NCBI GenBank assembly: GCA_026023565.1
Contig: JAPETS010000012.1
Coordinates: 248,001-312,000, forward strand
Direction: 5' to 3'
DNA from: Cirrosporium novae-zelandiae
Taxonomy: Eukaryota
Length of the DNA stretch: 64,000 nt
Below are positions 39,701 through 53,681 of this stretch, piece by piece (positions within the stretch are counted from its first letter, which is position 1; each line of letters begins with the position of its first letter). The position numbers and the translations under genes were made by a program. The notes under the pieces were generated by a model. The model was not told the DNA's origin. It saw nothing but the letters and a program-made list of their open reading frames with translations, and ran no database searches.

Positions 39701-40056
39701 ATTGCATGAACATCGTTGCCTCTCAGAAATGCTCTCTCGAATTCGTGTAGAGTGATCTTGAGAACTTCTAGGAAGAACCCATTTGATTCGGCTTCACCTT
39801 GCTCAACCTCATTGGCGACGTAACCAATGTATCGCGCAACCAGTTCTGGCGGCGAGGATGGTTCGTCATCCTGAGCAAGCTCATCGGTTGGCTCCGGAAG
39901 TGCGAGAGCAAACGAGTCTCTCAATTGTGAAGCTGTGAAATGATATGCGGTGGGGACGAGGAAAGAATAGTCGAGAGAGCCATGAGTGAGGGTAAGTGGT
40001 CGAAGAGAGGCAGAAGATCTTGGGGTGGAAACACCCGTTTGAGCTTCTGAATACAT
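33729..40056 (-). CDS. FAS1: Fatty acid synthase beta subunit (AT-ER-DH-MPT)
   Basis: YGGQG and GHSQG (AT), AGMTP and [10 protein letters not shown] (ER), SGDYNPIH and THGM (DH), FTGQGSQ, GHSLGEY and GIDVPFHS (MPT); intron 34218-34269. Confidence 0.98.
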
Positions 40057-40712
40057 TATTTAGGTGGGGATGTGAAGCTATTGTGGTTTTGGCAATATTA
40101 GTTTTTGGAAGTACAATTGAAACAACGAAAGATGCCTGAAGATGTAGGGGAGAACGATTGAATGTCAAATTGACTGATGGTTGATTGGGACGTATGATTG
40201 ATGTGTAGTGGTCGATGCTCACATTTTTTTCTCTGGTCTAAGATTTTCGAATTGCTGGCATCTGTGCCTAGTCGTAGACTGAATGAACGACTAGTGTGAG
40301 AGAGATTCGACGAGGAGCAGTAGCACAAACACAGGGAAGAGGGGAGTTTGTGGGATGAGAGAGAAAAATGGATGGAATGGTCAGAAAGATGAGAAGGAAC
40401 TGATGGAGTATTTCAGTTCGACTTCAATCTATATGCTGCCACTGATTCTTAATTTTTTTTGTTTTTGAATTTGTTTTTGTTGGAGTCGCAAAAGGTGAGA
40501 TAAGTTAAATCCCATGTATGCTGGTAATCTTTTGTCGAGGGGCGAGATTGATGAGTTAGGAAGTTTGAGAAAGTTTGATGAGGGAGCTGTCCGATCTGGG
40601 TTTAGCGTTGAGGGTCGAGCTTCCCCCCAACGGAAATGTGTCCGTAAGCAAAAGCCGATTGGGGTTCCAGAAAATTGAAACAATCCCGCATCTCCAAGGG
40701 CCCCTGGTCGCC

Positions 40713-40755
40713 TCGTAAAAACCATCGTAAAAACCATCCGTAAACACTTCGTAAA
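40713..40755. repeat. Short ~12-bp tandem repeat (TCGTAAAAACCA) in the FAS1-FAS2 bidirectional promoter
   Basis: tcgtaaaaacca tcgtaaaaacca tccgtaaacac ttcgtaaa read directly from the sequence. Confidence 0.7.
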
Positions 40756-41801
40756 TTCTGGTGTACACTGTACATGTACAATTGCACCACAATTGTCTCC
40801 GAAAGAAAATATTCAACTAACGTTCAACCCGCGCCCCCACTTATAACCAATGAACAAAAACCATATCAAATGTTTCAAAACAAAATCTTCTCTTCCCTTT
40901 TCTTTTTGAATAAACTCAAGTTTTTGTCGAGCCACGTAGCATTAAAACTGAATTGAGGAGACAAATTACTGGACGGCTATTGATCGAATGATATTGACTA
41001 TGAAAAGTAGACCAAAAGCTAAAATCGTGGGGAAGAGACTAAGGGGAAAAAGCTAAATGGTCATTGGTAAAGGAAGCAAAGAATGAAATTATACCACAGT
41101 AAGGCCACTTTGTACGTCGGCCATTGTGAGGCTATTTGCACCTGTAAACTAAAACTTCCTTTAGGCCCTATGGGATTATGGAACTATGGAAATATGGAAA
41201 CATGACCCAAATTGCATGACATAATCATTCGAATAATTAGCATAACCAAGTAGCGGCATAAAATTACTGTAGTGTCGCAGTGTGTGTGTCTTGCCTTGCC
41301 CTTGACATGCACGGTCGCTCAACATTAACTTCCAACCAACATCCAACCAAACTAAATTCAAACTAACTGATGCCTGCATCTGCAAGCTTTCTTTTCACAG
41401 TAACCACCCCCAACATCTTTTATCAGTAATCTTGACTTCTTTGACGCTTTCATCTCGTCCCAAAACATTTCCCAAAAGGCTTGAGTGAAAGATAAGTCAA
41501 TTGTCTTTCCCCGACGATTATCTACTCATATTTCCCTCTACCCCACCTTCTGTTACACCCTTCGTTCATCATTCGTCTCTCTCCTCTTCAAATTCTCTGC
41601 TCTTCCCCCGAGTTGAGATTTGCAACACCAACTACAAACAACAGATCAGCCTGTCCATTCTAAATCCCTCCCCTCTCAGGCGTTGGTGGATATATCTACT
41701 GTACCTCTCACCTTCTGGTCGCCCTCTTCATAGCAAATCTTATACCCTCATGATTCCTAATTTCTAGTTTTCGCGCCAATCTTTTATTCTCATCACACAC
41801 A

Positions 41802-44800
41802 ATGGGCGATTACAATGCACCTGGAGGCACAACCTCAATGAGACCCGAAGTCGAGCAGGAACTTGCTCATACTCTCCTTATTGAACTTTTGGCATACCAA
41901 TTTGCTTCACCAGTCAGGTGGATTGAAACACAAGATGTCATTCTTGGCCAAAACAACACAGAGCGAATTGTGGAGATAGGTCCTGCAGATACCCTCGGGG
42001 GTATGGCAAGGCGAACAATTGCAAATAAGTACGAAGCATACGATGCAGCTCTATCACTACAAAGACAAATCCTATGCTACAACAAGGATGCAAAAGAAAT
42101 TTACTATGATGTCGATCCTGTTGAGGAGGAGCCGGAAGCGGCCCCCAGTGTCGATTCTGCAGCTCCTAGTGCTGCTCCAGCTTCTGCAGCAGCCCCTGTA
42201 GCTGCTGCACCACCTCCTCCGAGTGCTGGCCCTGCCGCATCGGTTCCAGATGCCCCCGTTCAGGCAGTCGATATAGTTCGGTCATTAGTTGCTCAAAAAC
42301 TAAAGAAATCTCTGGCTGACATTCCATTGGACAAGGCTGTCAAGGATTTAGTTGGAGGTAAGCTATGCGCAATCGTAAAAATTTGTTATAAAGCTGACCA
42401 TCAATTCTCTAGGAAAATCAACTCTTCAAAATGAAATCCTGGGTGATCTTGGGAAGGAATTTGGTTCGACACCTGAAAAATCAGAAGATATTCCTTTGGA
42501 AGAGCTTGGTGCATCGATACAGGCTCTGTTCAATGGCCAACTTGGGAAACAGTCTTCTTCATTGATTGCAAGACTAGTATCTTCCAAAATGCCGGGAGGT
42601 TTCAACATCACTGCTGTGAGAAAGTACCTTGAAACAAGATGGGGTCTTGCATCTGGCCGGCAAGACGGTGTCTTGCTTTTGGCCCTAACGATGGAACCCC
42701 CTGCACGTCTTGGCTCTGAAAATGATGCCAAGGCCTTCTTCGATGATGTTGCTAATAAGTATGCCGCAAGCGCCGGAATCAGTCTCTCGACCACTACAGC
42801 AGCTGGCGAAGGCGCTGCTGTTGGAGGTGGAATGATGATGGATCCTGCTGCCTTGGAAGCATTGACCAAGGATCAGAAAGTTCTGTTCAAACAGCAACTC
42901 GAATTAATTGCCCGATACTTGAAGATGGACCTCCGAGCTGGTGACAAAGCATTTGTTGGTTCCCAGGAGGCACAGAAAGCTTTACAGGCCCAACTTGATC
43001 TTTGGAACGTTGAACATGGCGACTTTTACGCCACAGGTATTGCTCCATCCTTCAACCCCCTCAAGGCCCGAGTATATGATTCTTCCTGGAACTGGGCGCG
43101 TCAAGATGCTCTCAGCATGTACTTTGATATTATCTTTGGCCGTCTAAAGACAGTCGACCGAGAAATTGTCAGTCAGTGTATACGACTTATGAACCGCTCA
43201 AATCCCCTTCTTCTCGATTTCATGCAATATCACATGGACAACTGCCCCACTGAACGTGGAGAAACTTACGAACTAGCCAAGATCCTTGGCCAACAGCTCA
43301 TTGACAACTGCAGAGATGCTTTAGAGGAGGCGCCGGTTTACAAGGACGTTGGTATTCCAATGGGACCCCAAACCACCGTTGATGACAACGGCAACCTTGA
43401 ATACAAGGAAATTCCACGACCTGCAAGGAAACTTGAGAAGTATGTTCGAGAGATGGCCGATGGTGGAAAAATATCCGAGTATGGCAATAGGACTAAGGTC
43501 CAAAATGACCTTAATCGTGTTTTGAAGTTGATCCGAAAGCAACACCGGATGTCAAAAGCCTCAGATATGAAAATCAAGTCCTTGTATGCCGATATCTTCC
43601 GGTCCCTAGCCATGAACGAGAGCCAGATCATTCCTGATGCAAACGGCAAGGGAAATGGTCATACACGCAAGGGTGGGAGGAATGGCTCCCGACAAAACAT
43701 CAAAACCGGAAAGGTCGAAACAATTCCTTTCCTACATCTTAAGCGTAAAGATGACCATGGATGGGAATATAGCAAGAAACTTACCGGTATCTATCTTGAC
43801 AATCTGGAAAATGCCGCGAAAGTTGGTGTTACTTTCCAAGGAAAGAATGCTCTCATGGCAGGTGCTGGTGCTGGGTCCATTGGTGCTGAGGTCCTCAAGG
43901 GCTTGATTAGTGGAGGTGCTAAAGTCGTTGTTACCACGAACAGCTACTCCCGCCAAGTTACAGAGTACTATCAGGCCATGTATGCGCGACATGGTGCTCG
44001 TGGCTCTCAGCTTGTCCTCGTTCCCTTCAACCAAGCTAGTAAACAGGACGTCGAAGCTTTGGTCCAATATATCTATGACGACAAGAATGGTCTTGGCTGG
44101 GATTTGGATTACGTGGTTCCTTTCGCTGCCATTCCAGAGAATGGTCGTGAAATTGATAGCATCGACTCCCGATCTGAGTTAGCTCACCGTATCATGCTTA
44201 CCAACTTGCTGAGACTTCTCGGCTGTGTCAAGTCCGAGAAGCAGGCCCGTGGTTACGAGACCCGTCCAGCTCAAGTTATTCTTCCTCTATCCCCCAACCA
44301 TGGAACTTTCGGCAACGATGGTCTTTATTCTGAGTCTAAGCTGGCTCTGGAAACCCTCTTCAATCGATGGTATTCTGAATCCTGGGGCAACTTCCTTACT
44401 ATCTGTGGTGCGGTCATTGGTTGGACCCGTGGTACTGGTCTAATGAATGCCAATAATGTTGTTGCTGACGGTGTGGAAAGGCATGGCGTCCGAACGTTTT
44501 CTCAACAAGAGATGGCTTTCAATCTTCTCGGACTCATGAGCCCTGCAATTGTCGATCTGTGCCAAGTTGAACCAGTCTTTGCTGACCTCAACGGTGGTAT
44601 GCAATACATCCCAAATCTCAAGGACTTAATGACAGATCTCCGAAAGGATATCATGTCAACAAGCGAAATCCGAAAAGCAGTTGCAAAGGAATCGGCCATC
44701 GAATATAAGATTGTCAACGGCCAAGAAAGCGAGACATTATACAACAAGAAGACTGTCAATCCCAGAGCAAACCTCAAATTCCCCTTCCCCCGAATTCCAG

Positions 44801-47538
44801 ACTGGGAGAAGGATATTGCTCCACTTAATGAGAATCTTAAAGGGATGGTCGATCTCGAAAAGGTTGTCGTGGTTACTGGCTTCGCTGAAGTCGGCCCCTG
44901 GGGTAACTCCCGCACTCGCTGGGAAATGGAAGCCTACGGCAAATTCTCTCTCGAAGGGTGCGTCGAAATGGCGTGGATCATGGGTCTCATCAAGAACCAT
45001 AATGGTCCGCTCAAGGGCGATTCATACTCTGGCTGGGTTGATGTGAAGACCGGCGCACCGGTTGATGACAAAGATGTTAAAGCCAAGTATGAGAAGCATA
45101 TTCTAGAGCATTCTGGTATCCGCTTGATCGAACCAGAGCTTTTCTATGGTTATGATCCCAACAAGAAACAGCTTCTTCAAGAAATCCAGATCGAGGAGGA
45201 CCTTGACCCATTTGAGGCATCGCAAGAAACAGCCGAGGAATTCAAGCGCGAGCATGGAGACAAGGTCGAGATTTTTGAGATTCCAGAATCCGGAGAATAC
45301 ACTGTTCGCATCAAGAAGGGTGCCACTTTGATGATACCGAAAGCAATTCAATTCGACCGACTTGTCGCAGGACAAATTCCTACTGGATGGGATGCTAAGC
45401 AGTATGGCGTGCCAGATGATATTATTGAACAAGTTGATCCAGTTACCTTGTTCGTTCTTGTGTCGGTTGCTGAGTCTCTTCTTTCTGCCGGTATCACGGA
45501 TCCGTATGAATTCTACAAATATGTTCACATCTCTGAAGTTGGAAACTGCATTGGTTCTGGTATCGGTGGTACTCGCGCTCTTCGCGGCATGTATAAAGAT
45601 CGCTATCTTGACAAGCCTCTCCAAAAAGATATCCTTCAAGAATCATTCATCAACACTATGGCTGCTTGGGTAAACATGCTGCTCTTGTCTTCAACTGGCC
45701 CTATCAAGACCCCTGTCGGTGCATGTGCCACATCCGTTCAATCAGTAGATATTGGCTACGAGACAATTGTTGAAGGTAAAGCCAGGATTTGCTTAGTTGG
45801 TGGCTTCGATGATTTCCAGGAAGAGGGTTCATATGAATTCGCCAATATGAAGGCTACAAGCAATGCCGTGGAGGAAATTGCTCATGGCCGTTCACCGGCC
45901 GAAATGTCCCGGCCTACTACCACTACCCGGGCCGGCTTCATGGAATCTCAAGGTGCTGGTGTTCAGGTCATCATGAATGCTAAGCTTGCTCTAGACATGG
46001 GTGTTCCTATTTACGGCATCCTTGGCTACAGCAACACAGCTACCGACAAGATTGGTCGTTCCGTTCCTGCTCCAGGACAGGGTCTTCTTACCACTGCTAA
46101 AGAACAACAGACCAAGTTCCCGTCACCCCTTCTAGACATCAAATACCGCAGACGCCAGCTTGAACTACGCAAGAAGCAAATCAGGCAATGGGAGGAATCT
46201 GAGTTCCTTTTCCTCCAGGAAGAAGTTGCAGCCATGAAATCCCAAGGCACCCCCTTCAACGAGGGAGAGCATATGCAAGAGCGTGCTCGCCACATCCAGC
46301 AAGAAGCTCTTCGACAAGAGAAGGACGCCACGGATAGCCTTGGTAATTCCTTCTGGAAACGAGACCCCTCCATTGCCCCACTTCGTGGAGCTTTAGCTAC
46401 CTGGGGCCTGACAATCGATGATGTGGATGTTGCATCATTCCATGGTACTTCCACCGTTGCCAACGACAAGAATGAATCGGAGGTTATCAACCAGCAACTG
46501 AAGCATCTAGGCCGCACCAAGGGTAACGCTGTTTTAGGTGTTTTCCAGAAGTACCTGACTGGTCATCCAAAGGGTGCTGCTGGCGCTTGGATGCTTAACG
46601 GTGCTCTCCAAGTCCTCAACTCTGGTCTTGTCCCTGGTAATAGAAATGCCGACAATGTCGATAAGGTGCTGGAGAAATTCGATAATATTGTGTACCCAAG
46701 CCGAAGTCTTCAGACCGATGGTATTAAGGCTTTCTCCGTGACTTCCTTTGGTTTTGGCCAGGTCGGTGGTCAAATAATTGGTATTCATCCTAAGTACCTT
46801 TTTGCAACCCTTGATCAAGCACAATTCCAAGCCTACAAGATCAAGGTGGACGCCCGCCAAAAGAAGGCCTATCGCTACTTCCATGATGGTCTTATCAACA
46901 ACCGTCTCTTTCAAGCTAAAGCCCATTCCCCTTACACTGAGGACCAGCAGAACAAGGTCTTCCTTAACCCCAACTCCCGTGTGTCTCTTGACAAGAAGAC
47001 TTCTGAGCTCATTTACCCAAAGTCAACGCCTAAGAAGTCGGTCGACTCAAGGACGGAAAGCACACGCCAAATGGTCGAATCGCTTGCCAAAGCAACGGCA
47101 ACCGAGAACACTAAGATTGGTGTTGACGTTGAGAGTGTGGAAGCCATCAATATTGATAACAGCACCTTCGTCGAAAGAAACTTTACGGACAAGGAGATAG
47201 AGTACTGCCGTCACGCACCGAGCCCACAAGCCTCGTTTGCAGGAAGATGGAGTGCAAAGGAAGCAGTCTTCAAGTCACTAGGTGTCGAGGGCAAGGGTGC
47301 AGGGGCACCATTAAAAGATATTGAGATCACTAATGACGAGAAGGGCGCACCTGTCGTTACTGTAAGTTCCACTTATGATAACCCTTCTATATAGTTTAAG
47401 AGAATTAGTGGCTAAAATTTCAATTAGCTCTACGGTGACGCACTTGCGGCAGCCAAAAAGGCCGGTGTAAAGGGTGTTGATGTCAGCATTTCACACAGTG
47501 ATTCTCAGGCTATCGCCATTGCCGTGTCGAAGTTCTAA
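41802..47538 (+). CDS. FAS2: Fatty acid synthase alpha subunit (ACP-KR-KS-PPT)
   Basis: [42 protein letters not shown] (ACP serine across an intron), GAGAGSIG (KR), [13 protein letters not shown] and TGHPKG (KS), GVDVE...WSAKEA (PPT); last intron 47362-47427. Confidence 0.98.
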
Positions 47539-49047
47539 ACATGAATGAAATCCAAGGCATGAAAATAAAGAAGAAATAAAACGCAGTCCTTTTCTTGCAC
47601 AGTTCTATCGTATCTGCAGTCGTTGATTTGCGTTGACTGGATTGTCTGGAAAGGTATCAATTGTCTTTATTTATTTTTGTTCCTGTTTGTCTTCTCTATC
47701 AAGCTAGACTTACTTCGAGAGACGGAAAGAGTAAGCATTACAAGTGTTTTAATAATAGATGCTCAAGGAAGGGGGCTGGTTGGTTCGGTTGCGGTTGATG
47801 ATAGAAAGCTTGCAATAGAATAGCTGCCATCCCGTACGAAAAAAAAAGGATAGAGGGATGAAGATCTTGTTAAAAGGAGATTATGTTCAATGGGTTTAGA
47901 CGCTGGCCCCTGTCTTCGAGGGTTAACACGATTGATGGGTATGCTATGCGATGGAATGGAATGGTCAAATTAAAGAGCAAAATGAGCATTTTTAGCTTAC
48001 GTACGTAATAATAAAGATTTATATATATATGGCTCTGGTTCTTTTCTTCCTTTTCTTGACTGAAATGCCAACTTTCATGTCTTCCAGCCTCAAGGGATAA
48101 TCGAATGAGATAATGCACCTCCCCAATTGATAGTTCTGTGGGAATAAACCCTTGAGAGAGGAGGGGGAGTTAAGCTCATTATATAGATAGGCAAAACTTG
48201 CCAGAATAGGAATAATTAGTCTATGAAATAGTTGTGTACTAGTTTCCTTGTTGGCCGATACTTGATTCGAATTCCAGAGTTAACATGTGCCATGTTCTGA
48301 CTATATCCGATGCCTCATATAATATATACACAAATGATGAAGAAGCGCTGGTAACTAAGGACAAATAGAAGAAAATAAGGAATAAAAAAATATGGGCTAA
48401 GAAATACATGAAAGAATAAGAAAAAAATAAAGCAAAGCTAAAAATAGAACCAAAAAATTGAATGGTTGGAGGTTTTCGGGAGTAAATAATAATAATAATA
48501 ATAATAAATGGATGAAACCATGATTAAAATGAGTTATAAATAGTTATAGATAGTTATAGAGCCTTCTTCAAAGGGTGTACCATATTGGGCCAAAAAAAAT
48601 CACATTAGAAAAAAAGTGATGTAGAGAATGGCATCACGTATTCAGAACTGGGATTCCCTATTCCCCTGGATATGTACCTTTGTCAGTCATGTTCCTCGGG
48701 AGGGATATCGTTCCTGCTGGTCCATGCACCATCGTATTATGGTGTTTGATGTTCGGTGGTGGCTCGGGGGTAGATGGGACATTTCTCTGTTCTGATAACG
48801 CTTATATGGGAGACTTAACGGGCTCGTGTTAAATGGACACCGCAGCCGTCGTAATATTTATGAAAGCGCGACGAATTGCACCCGAGTTCTAGGTGCTGAG
48901 AGGCCTGACCTACTTGTCTGTGGTTGTGGATTTAATGAGAGCGGATGTAGGCTTGTTTCATACACCGTTTCTTTAGCCGGTTCGTGGCGACTTGGGGTTG
49001 TGTAGATTGTAGCACAACGGGATAAACTTCCTACTTTTTAGTAAAGC

Positions 49048-50662
49048 CTACACCACTGAAAGCATCCAGTTTCGCCGTTGCAGGACGTCTTTCCAATCCA
49101 CTCGTCTATTCCCACTACCCAAGGCTCCATTTGCGCGGACGCGCCACAGCTCTTCAAGAACGATTAATGCAGCTTCCACATTATGGAACTGTCGAAATTG
49201 AACCATATCTAGCATCCGCTGCCGGACGACCCGTATCTGGTCTTCTTTCTCCGCCTCCCCGCCAGCCATAAAAAGAGGGAATAGTAATGACGTCTCGGGC
49301 AGACAGCGAGCAGGCATTTCTTGGAACATTTTCACGATTTCGACTACCTGAGCAGACATCTTATTTGCAATGGCGACAGTAAATTGTGGTAGACGTAGCC
49401 GGATGGTGCGGTACAGGTGAATCAAAGCAGCACTCCGATAGGTTTCAGCCAGATATATTAACATTATATCCTCGGATGGGCCACACTTCCAAGACTTTAG
49501 CTCCTGCTCAATTGCACGGCCCCGTTCCGAGTAATTGTTTTTATGTTTATCATCTGGAGGGTGCTGTGCCATGTCAACATTCAGAATACTGATCTCTGAG
49601 ATCAGATACATGATTCGTGATGCTAATCCAAAATAAGAGTCCGCAACGGTTTCATCTCCGAAAGCCCAATATTGTCCGGCTATTAGAAACGGCTTTCTAT
49701 CCTCTACGACGGTCATTAATATGTCATGATAAGCAAAATTCCGAAGCAACCAGCGGCCTTCGTATGTTGTAGCAAAACAACCTAGGTCAAAACATGCAGT
49801 CCCATCGACCGTAGCAGCAGATCGAATTACCTCGTAGGCACCAACGAGATGTTTGAACCATTCAGAGGTATCCCCTGATATACTTTCCATGGCACAATGC
49901 ACCAAGCATGAAGCCAGTTCCATCTCAGTGCTTCGATGAGATGATGCCAGCGAGTCTGACAGAGATTTTAAAGCAGTACATCGATTTTGCAGTGCTATGT
50001 GTTCGTAAGCTTTGATTCGAAGAGCGAGATGGGAGGACGACCAGGCTAAAAGGGCATCGAGGAACAACGGAGACTCCATCGCCATGGGCATAAAAACTAG
50101 AGTGGAAAATTAGCTGAGACTCTCCGGAAAAATTAATATGATGAAATGTCCGCAAACCAGATAAAAAGCAATTGTTTTCTAAAGTGGTTGTTATGAGTGT
50201 CGTAAACGTCTGCGTATAGTAGCGGAGAATAACCCGACGGTCTGCAGCCGTCTGCTCCCCCCCATGTCCGTTTTCGAGCCAGAAGGCCGACAGGTCTGGT
50301 GTTCGAGGTATCAAAACACAAGCATGTGAGGAGGAGGATGGGGACGAGCATGATTGAGCTTGATGAGCAGCAGCATGCACCCGAGACTTTTCGCCAAGTT
50401 CAACGGGCTGGCGAGGATCTTCACGGCGGCATACAAAGTTGAGACGCCTACACTGATCGCAGATGGGGTATAATCCATCACATTTCTTTTTCCTGCAGGG
50501 CTAAGAGTCAGCCGTTTGGGGCGGATATAGATATTGCTGAAGGAAGCGGAGGCCGAACCGCTGACGACATGTCAAGCATCCTGTCCGTTCTCGACGGGTC
50601 CCTGTTCTCTTTCCCAGACGCTTACTTTGGGAAGTTGTGGGGTCAGCAGGGCTGCTGGCCAT
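49048..50662 (-). CDS. Zn(II)2Cys6 transcription factor with Fungal_trans_2-type (Uga3-like) C-terminal domain
   Basis: MASSPADP...RERTGCLTCRQR|intron|KKKCDGLYPICDQCRRLNFVC; then ALLAWSSSHL, WFKHLVGA, FAYHDIL, LLFPLFMAG, LEELW and VDWKDVL. Confidence 0.88.
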
Positions 50663-50842
50663 AGCGAAAGAGTGGATATAGTGGAAATGGGATGATGGCC
50701 TAGTTGAAATGATTTGATAATAGGAATAAAGTCCAAAGGCGTTAATAAAGTTGGTAACGGAAGCCGAAGTAAACGAAATAGCCAGGTAAGAAGGGGTTTC
50801 TGGCTTGACATTGCCAGATTGGAGAGGGAGAATTGGCTTTAC

Positions 50843-50924
50843 CCGAGGTATCTCTACTGGGCTTGGGGGCTACTGTGGGCCAATGTGACTCCTCGGACCC
50901 TGAAATTTTAGGAATCACCCGAGG
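50843..50924. promoter_or_regulatory. Three CCGAGG/CCTCGG hexamers, candidate Zn2Cys6 binding sites in the divergent TF/aminotransferase promoter
   Basis: CCGAGG at 50843, CCTCGG at 50891, CCGAGG at 50919; two occur as ACCCGAGG. Confidence 0.4.
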
Positions 50925-51449
50925 CTAAGGGCCATTGGGGGTAAACTTGGGCTTTACACAGCCAGGCACCAGGCACGATGGGGCTACAAAGTTAACCGCG
51001 ATTAGCGCTATCTTTTGTTACCTTGCTCGGCGTCAACGGCGGCCTCAACCTCTCTCTCGACCCAAAAATCGGAATTATGATCTACTCAAGGTCCAAATGT
51101 CCCAAGGATTTTTCCAACTAGTCAACCATCTGACCAAATGCAAATCATCCTGCAGGCAATCGCTTTCCTGGGAGGCGTCATGGGCGGTGCCAAAAGTCAT
51201 AAGATTTTCACCTACAAGGAATTTGCCTTCTGTGACAATGTCTAAATCAACTCCATTAGCAATGACTCCACCTGCTTCCACTCTCGAGACTCTTGACAAC
51301 AATTGAGGGGAAATTTATAGAGTGGGGCAGAGGCAAGATGGCCCCAAAAAATTTGGTTATAAATAGATCTAGGTGACGGTCTTAAAGAAAATACTGATGT
51401 TTTTTGTCAGAGCATATACATTCTCCTTTTATACTAAACATCAATAACC

Positions 51450-52887
51450 ATGACTCTTGACACCTTTTTTCAAGATTCCCATATCTTCCACCGCTCCCTT
51501 GCTCACAAACCCTTGAATGTCGTCTCTGGTTCTGGGCTAACCCTGACTCTGGATTCCGGAAAACAACTCATCGATGCCACTGGTGGCCCAGCAGTCGCAT
51601 GCTTAGGCCATGGCCGTGCCGATGTTGCCGATGCCGTAAGTCATCAGATCAAGCAACTTGCATACCTGTTTTCAGCGGGTGGATACAGCAATGATGCTAC
51701 TGAAGAGTTGGCATCAATTGTGCTCAAGAACAACCCCGGTGGGCTGAGCAAAGCCATCTTTGTGAACTCGGGCAGTGAAGCTACAGACACGTCAATTAAA
51801 CTTGTGACACAATATTGGCAAGAGAAAGGGGAATATCAACGCCGGAATTTCATTGCAAGGAAACAGAGTTATCATGGGAATACCATTGGAGCTTTATGTG
51901 TTTCTGGGCATGACTCTCGGAGGAACATGTACAAAGACTGGATATCAAATAACGTAACTTTTGTTGATCCTTGCTATGCGTATCGATGCAAACACAACGG
52001 GGAAACAGATGAGAAGTATGTTGCACGTTTAAGGCAGCAATTGGAAGATGAGTTCCAACGTCTTGGTCCTGACACTGTTGCTGCATTTTATGCCGAAACA
52101 ATTGTCGGATCAACACTAGGTTGTCTGCCTGCAGTCAAGGGATATTTCAAAGCAGTACGAGCGGTATGTGATAAGTATGGGGCACTCCTTGTTCTGGATG
52201 AAATTATGTGTGGAATGGGAAAAACAGGAACCATGCATGCTTGGGAACAAGAAGACATTCGAGGCCCTGATATTGAAACGGTTGGGAAAGCTTTGGGCGG
52301 AGGCTTTGTTCCCTTGTCTGGAGTTCTTGTTCATCAGAAGATTTTTGATGTTATAGCAAATGGATCCAAAGGATTAGCTCATGGCCACACCTTCCAGGTA
52401 ATTCTCTACCTGCTACCTTAATCTCTCACTTCCATTACCATGGGGTTGATCTCTGACTTGATCATAGGCTCATCCCGCTGCTTGCGCCGGCGCCTTAGCT
52501 GTACAGAAGATCATTGCACGAGATAACATTTTGGAGAATGTCCGACGTATGGGAGCTCTTCTTGAAAAACTGCTTAAAGAGCATATTGCACCTTTGCCGT
52601 ATGTCGGTAATGTGCGTGGCCGTGGTCTTTTCTGGGGTGTCGAATTTATGAAAGACAAAGAATCCAAGACGCCTTTTCCTCCTAAAGATAGTTTCGGTCA
52701 CAAAGTTAGAGAGGCGGGGCTAGATCTCGGTGTCAATGTTTTGGAACCGATGGGAGCCAGTGGAGCATTAAGTGTCGAGACGGTGATTGTTTGCCCGCCC
52801 TATATTGTTACCGAGAAAGAGCTGGTAAAGATTATAAATCTACTTAAGCAGGCAATCGAGAAAGTGAGCGCTGGTTATCGGGATTAG
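51450..52887 (+). CDS. PLP-dependent class III (omega-amino acid/amine type) aminotransferase
   Basis: DATGGPAVACLGHG, NSGSEA, QSYHGNT, LDEIMCGMGKTG, GKALGGG (PLP lysine), HGHTFQ|intron 52398-52468|AHP, VRGRGLFWGVEF. Confidence 0.93.
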
Positions 52888-53014
52888 GGTCAAGCATGAT
52901 GGCAATTGAGTTTTAGGATGCAAGGTACACAAAGAGCTTGAAGCGCACGAAGCCTATTTAACGTCTCTGTCAGCAGATTAAGTACAGTACTTAGGACTTA
53001 GGTACACAAGAGAG

Positions 53015-53434
53015 AGATAAGATCATTGCCCGTGTTCCAAACCATGTGCTGTAAACTATAGATATGCCTTGGTGCCCCCCTGGTAGCCCCTGATAGCCAG
53101 TCTATGATCAAAGTTGGCGCTTATCTTCAAACGCACGGTTAATTAAATACTTAGACGTAACCGGACCATGATCCGACCACGGCACCTTAAACCGGTTGGA
53201 TCCACTGATAACAATTCCACTGGAATTGAAAGAATTTGGACAAACCTGTTGAGAGTTTAACAGAGAGAGAGTTTGATCCTTTCTTTTTTTTCTTGCGTGC
53301 TTCACACTGTCCTGTCATCTTGCTTTTTTTGGAAGAATCGGAATATATGCTTTACAGACATGACGAAGAGACGTCAAGTTGTTGGAGAGAGTGGACAATA
53401 CACCGGAGCTGCCATGATAAGGATGCTCCGATAA
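53015..53434. promoter_or_regulatory. Cluster of HGATAR sites (AreA/NIT2-type nitrogen regulation) upstream of the permease
   Basis: AGATAA 53015, TGATAG 53091, TTATCT 53121, TGATAA 53206, TGATAA 53415, CGATAA 53429. Confidence 0.5.
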
Positions 53435-53681
53435 GCAAAACACCGCCAATAGCGCCCGGTAGTCAACCTCAATACCGCATGTAAATCGTTGCTAAGAAAC
53501 GACCTTTTACCTTATATTTGCTTTAGCCTCATATTCCTTGCAATGCTTTTCGTATATCGCCTCCTCAGGGCCATATATTCTCTCTCTACCCTCTCTCTCT
53601 TCTCTCTCTATTCACTTGATTTCTCTTGTACGGCTCCTCAACCCTACTGTAGGGACACCCAAGGCCAAAAATCTTGCCATC

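Noticed and set aside
33729..47538. FAS1/FAS2 pair as a secondary-metabolite (aflatoxin HexA/HexB-type) FAS cluster
   Set aside because: Both proteins look like highly conserved primary-metabolism FAS with all domains including the PPT. The divergent arrangement is usual in filamentous ascomycetes, and no PKS or NRPS is adjacent.
48480..48562. (AAT)n run and TAGTTATAGA repeats; also the 14-bp duplication at ~30023-30056 and (GACA)n at ~24433
   Set aside because: Simple slippage repeats with no spacer structure; not CRISPR-like, and the sequence is eukaryotic.
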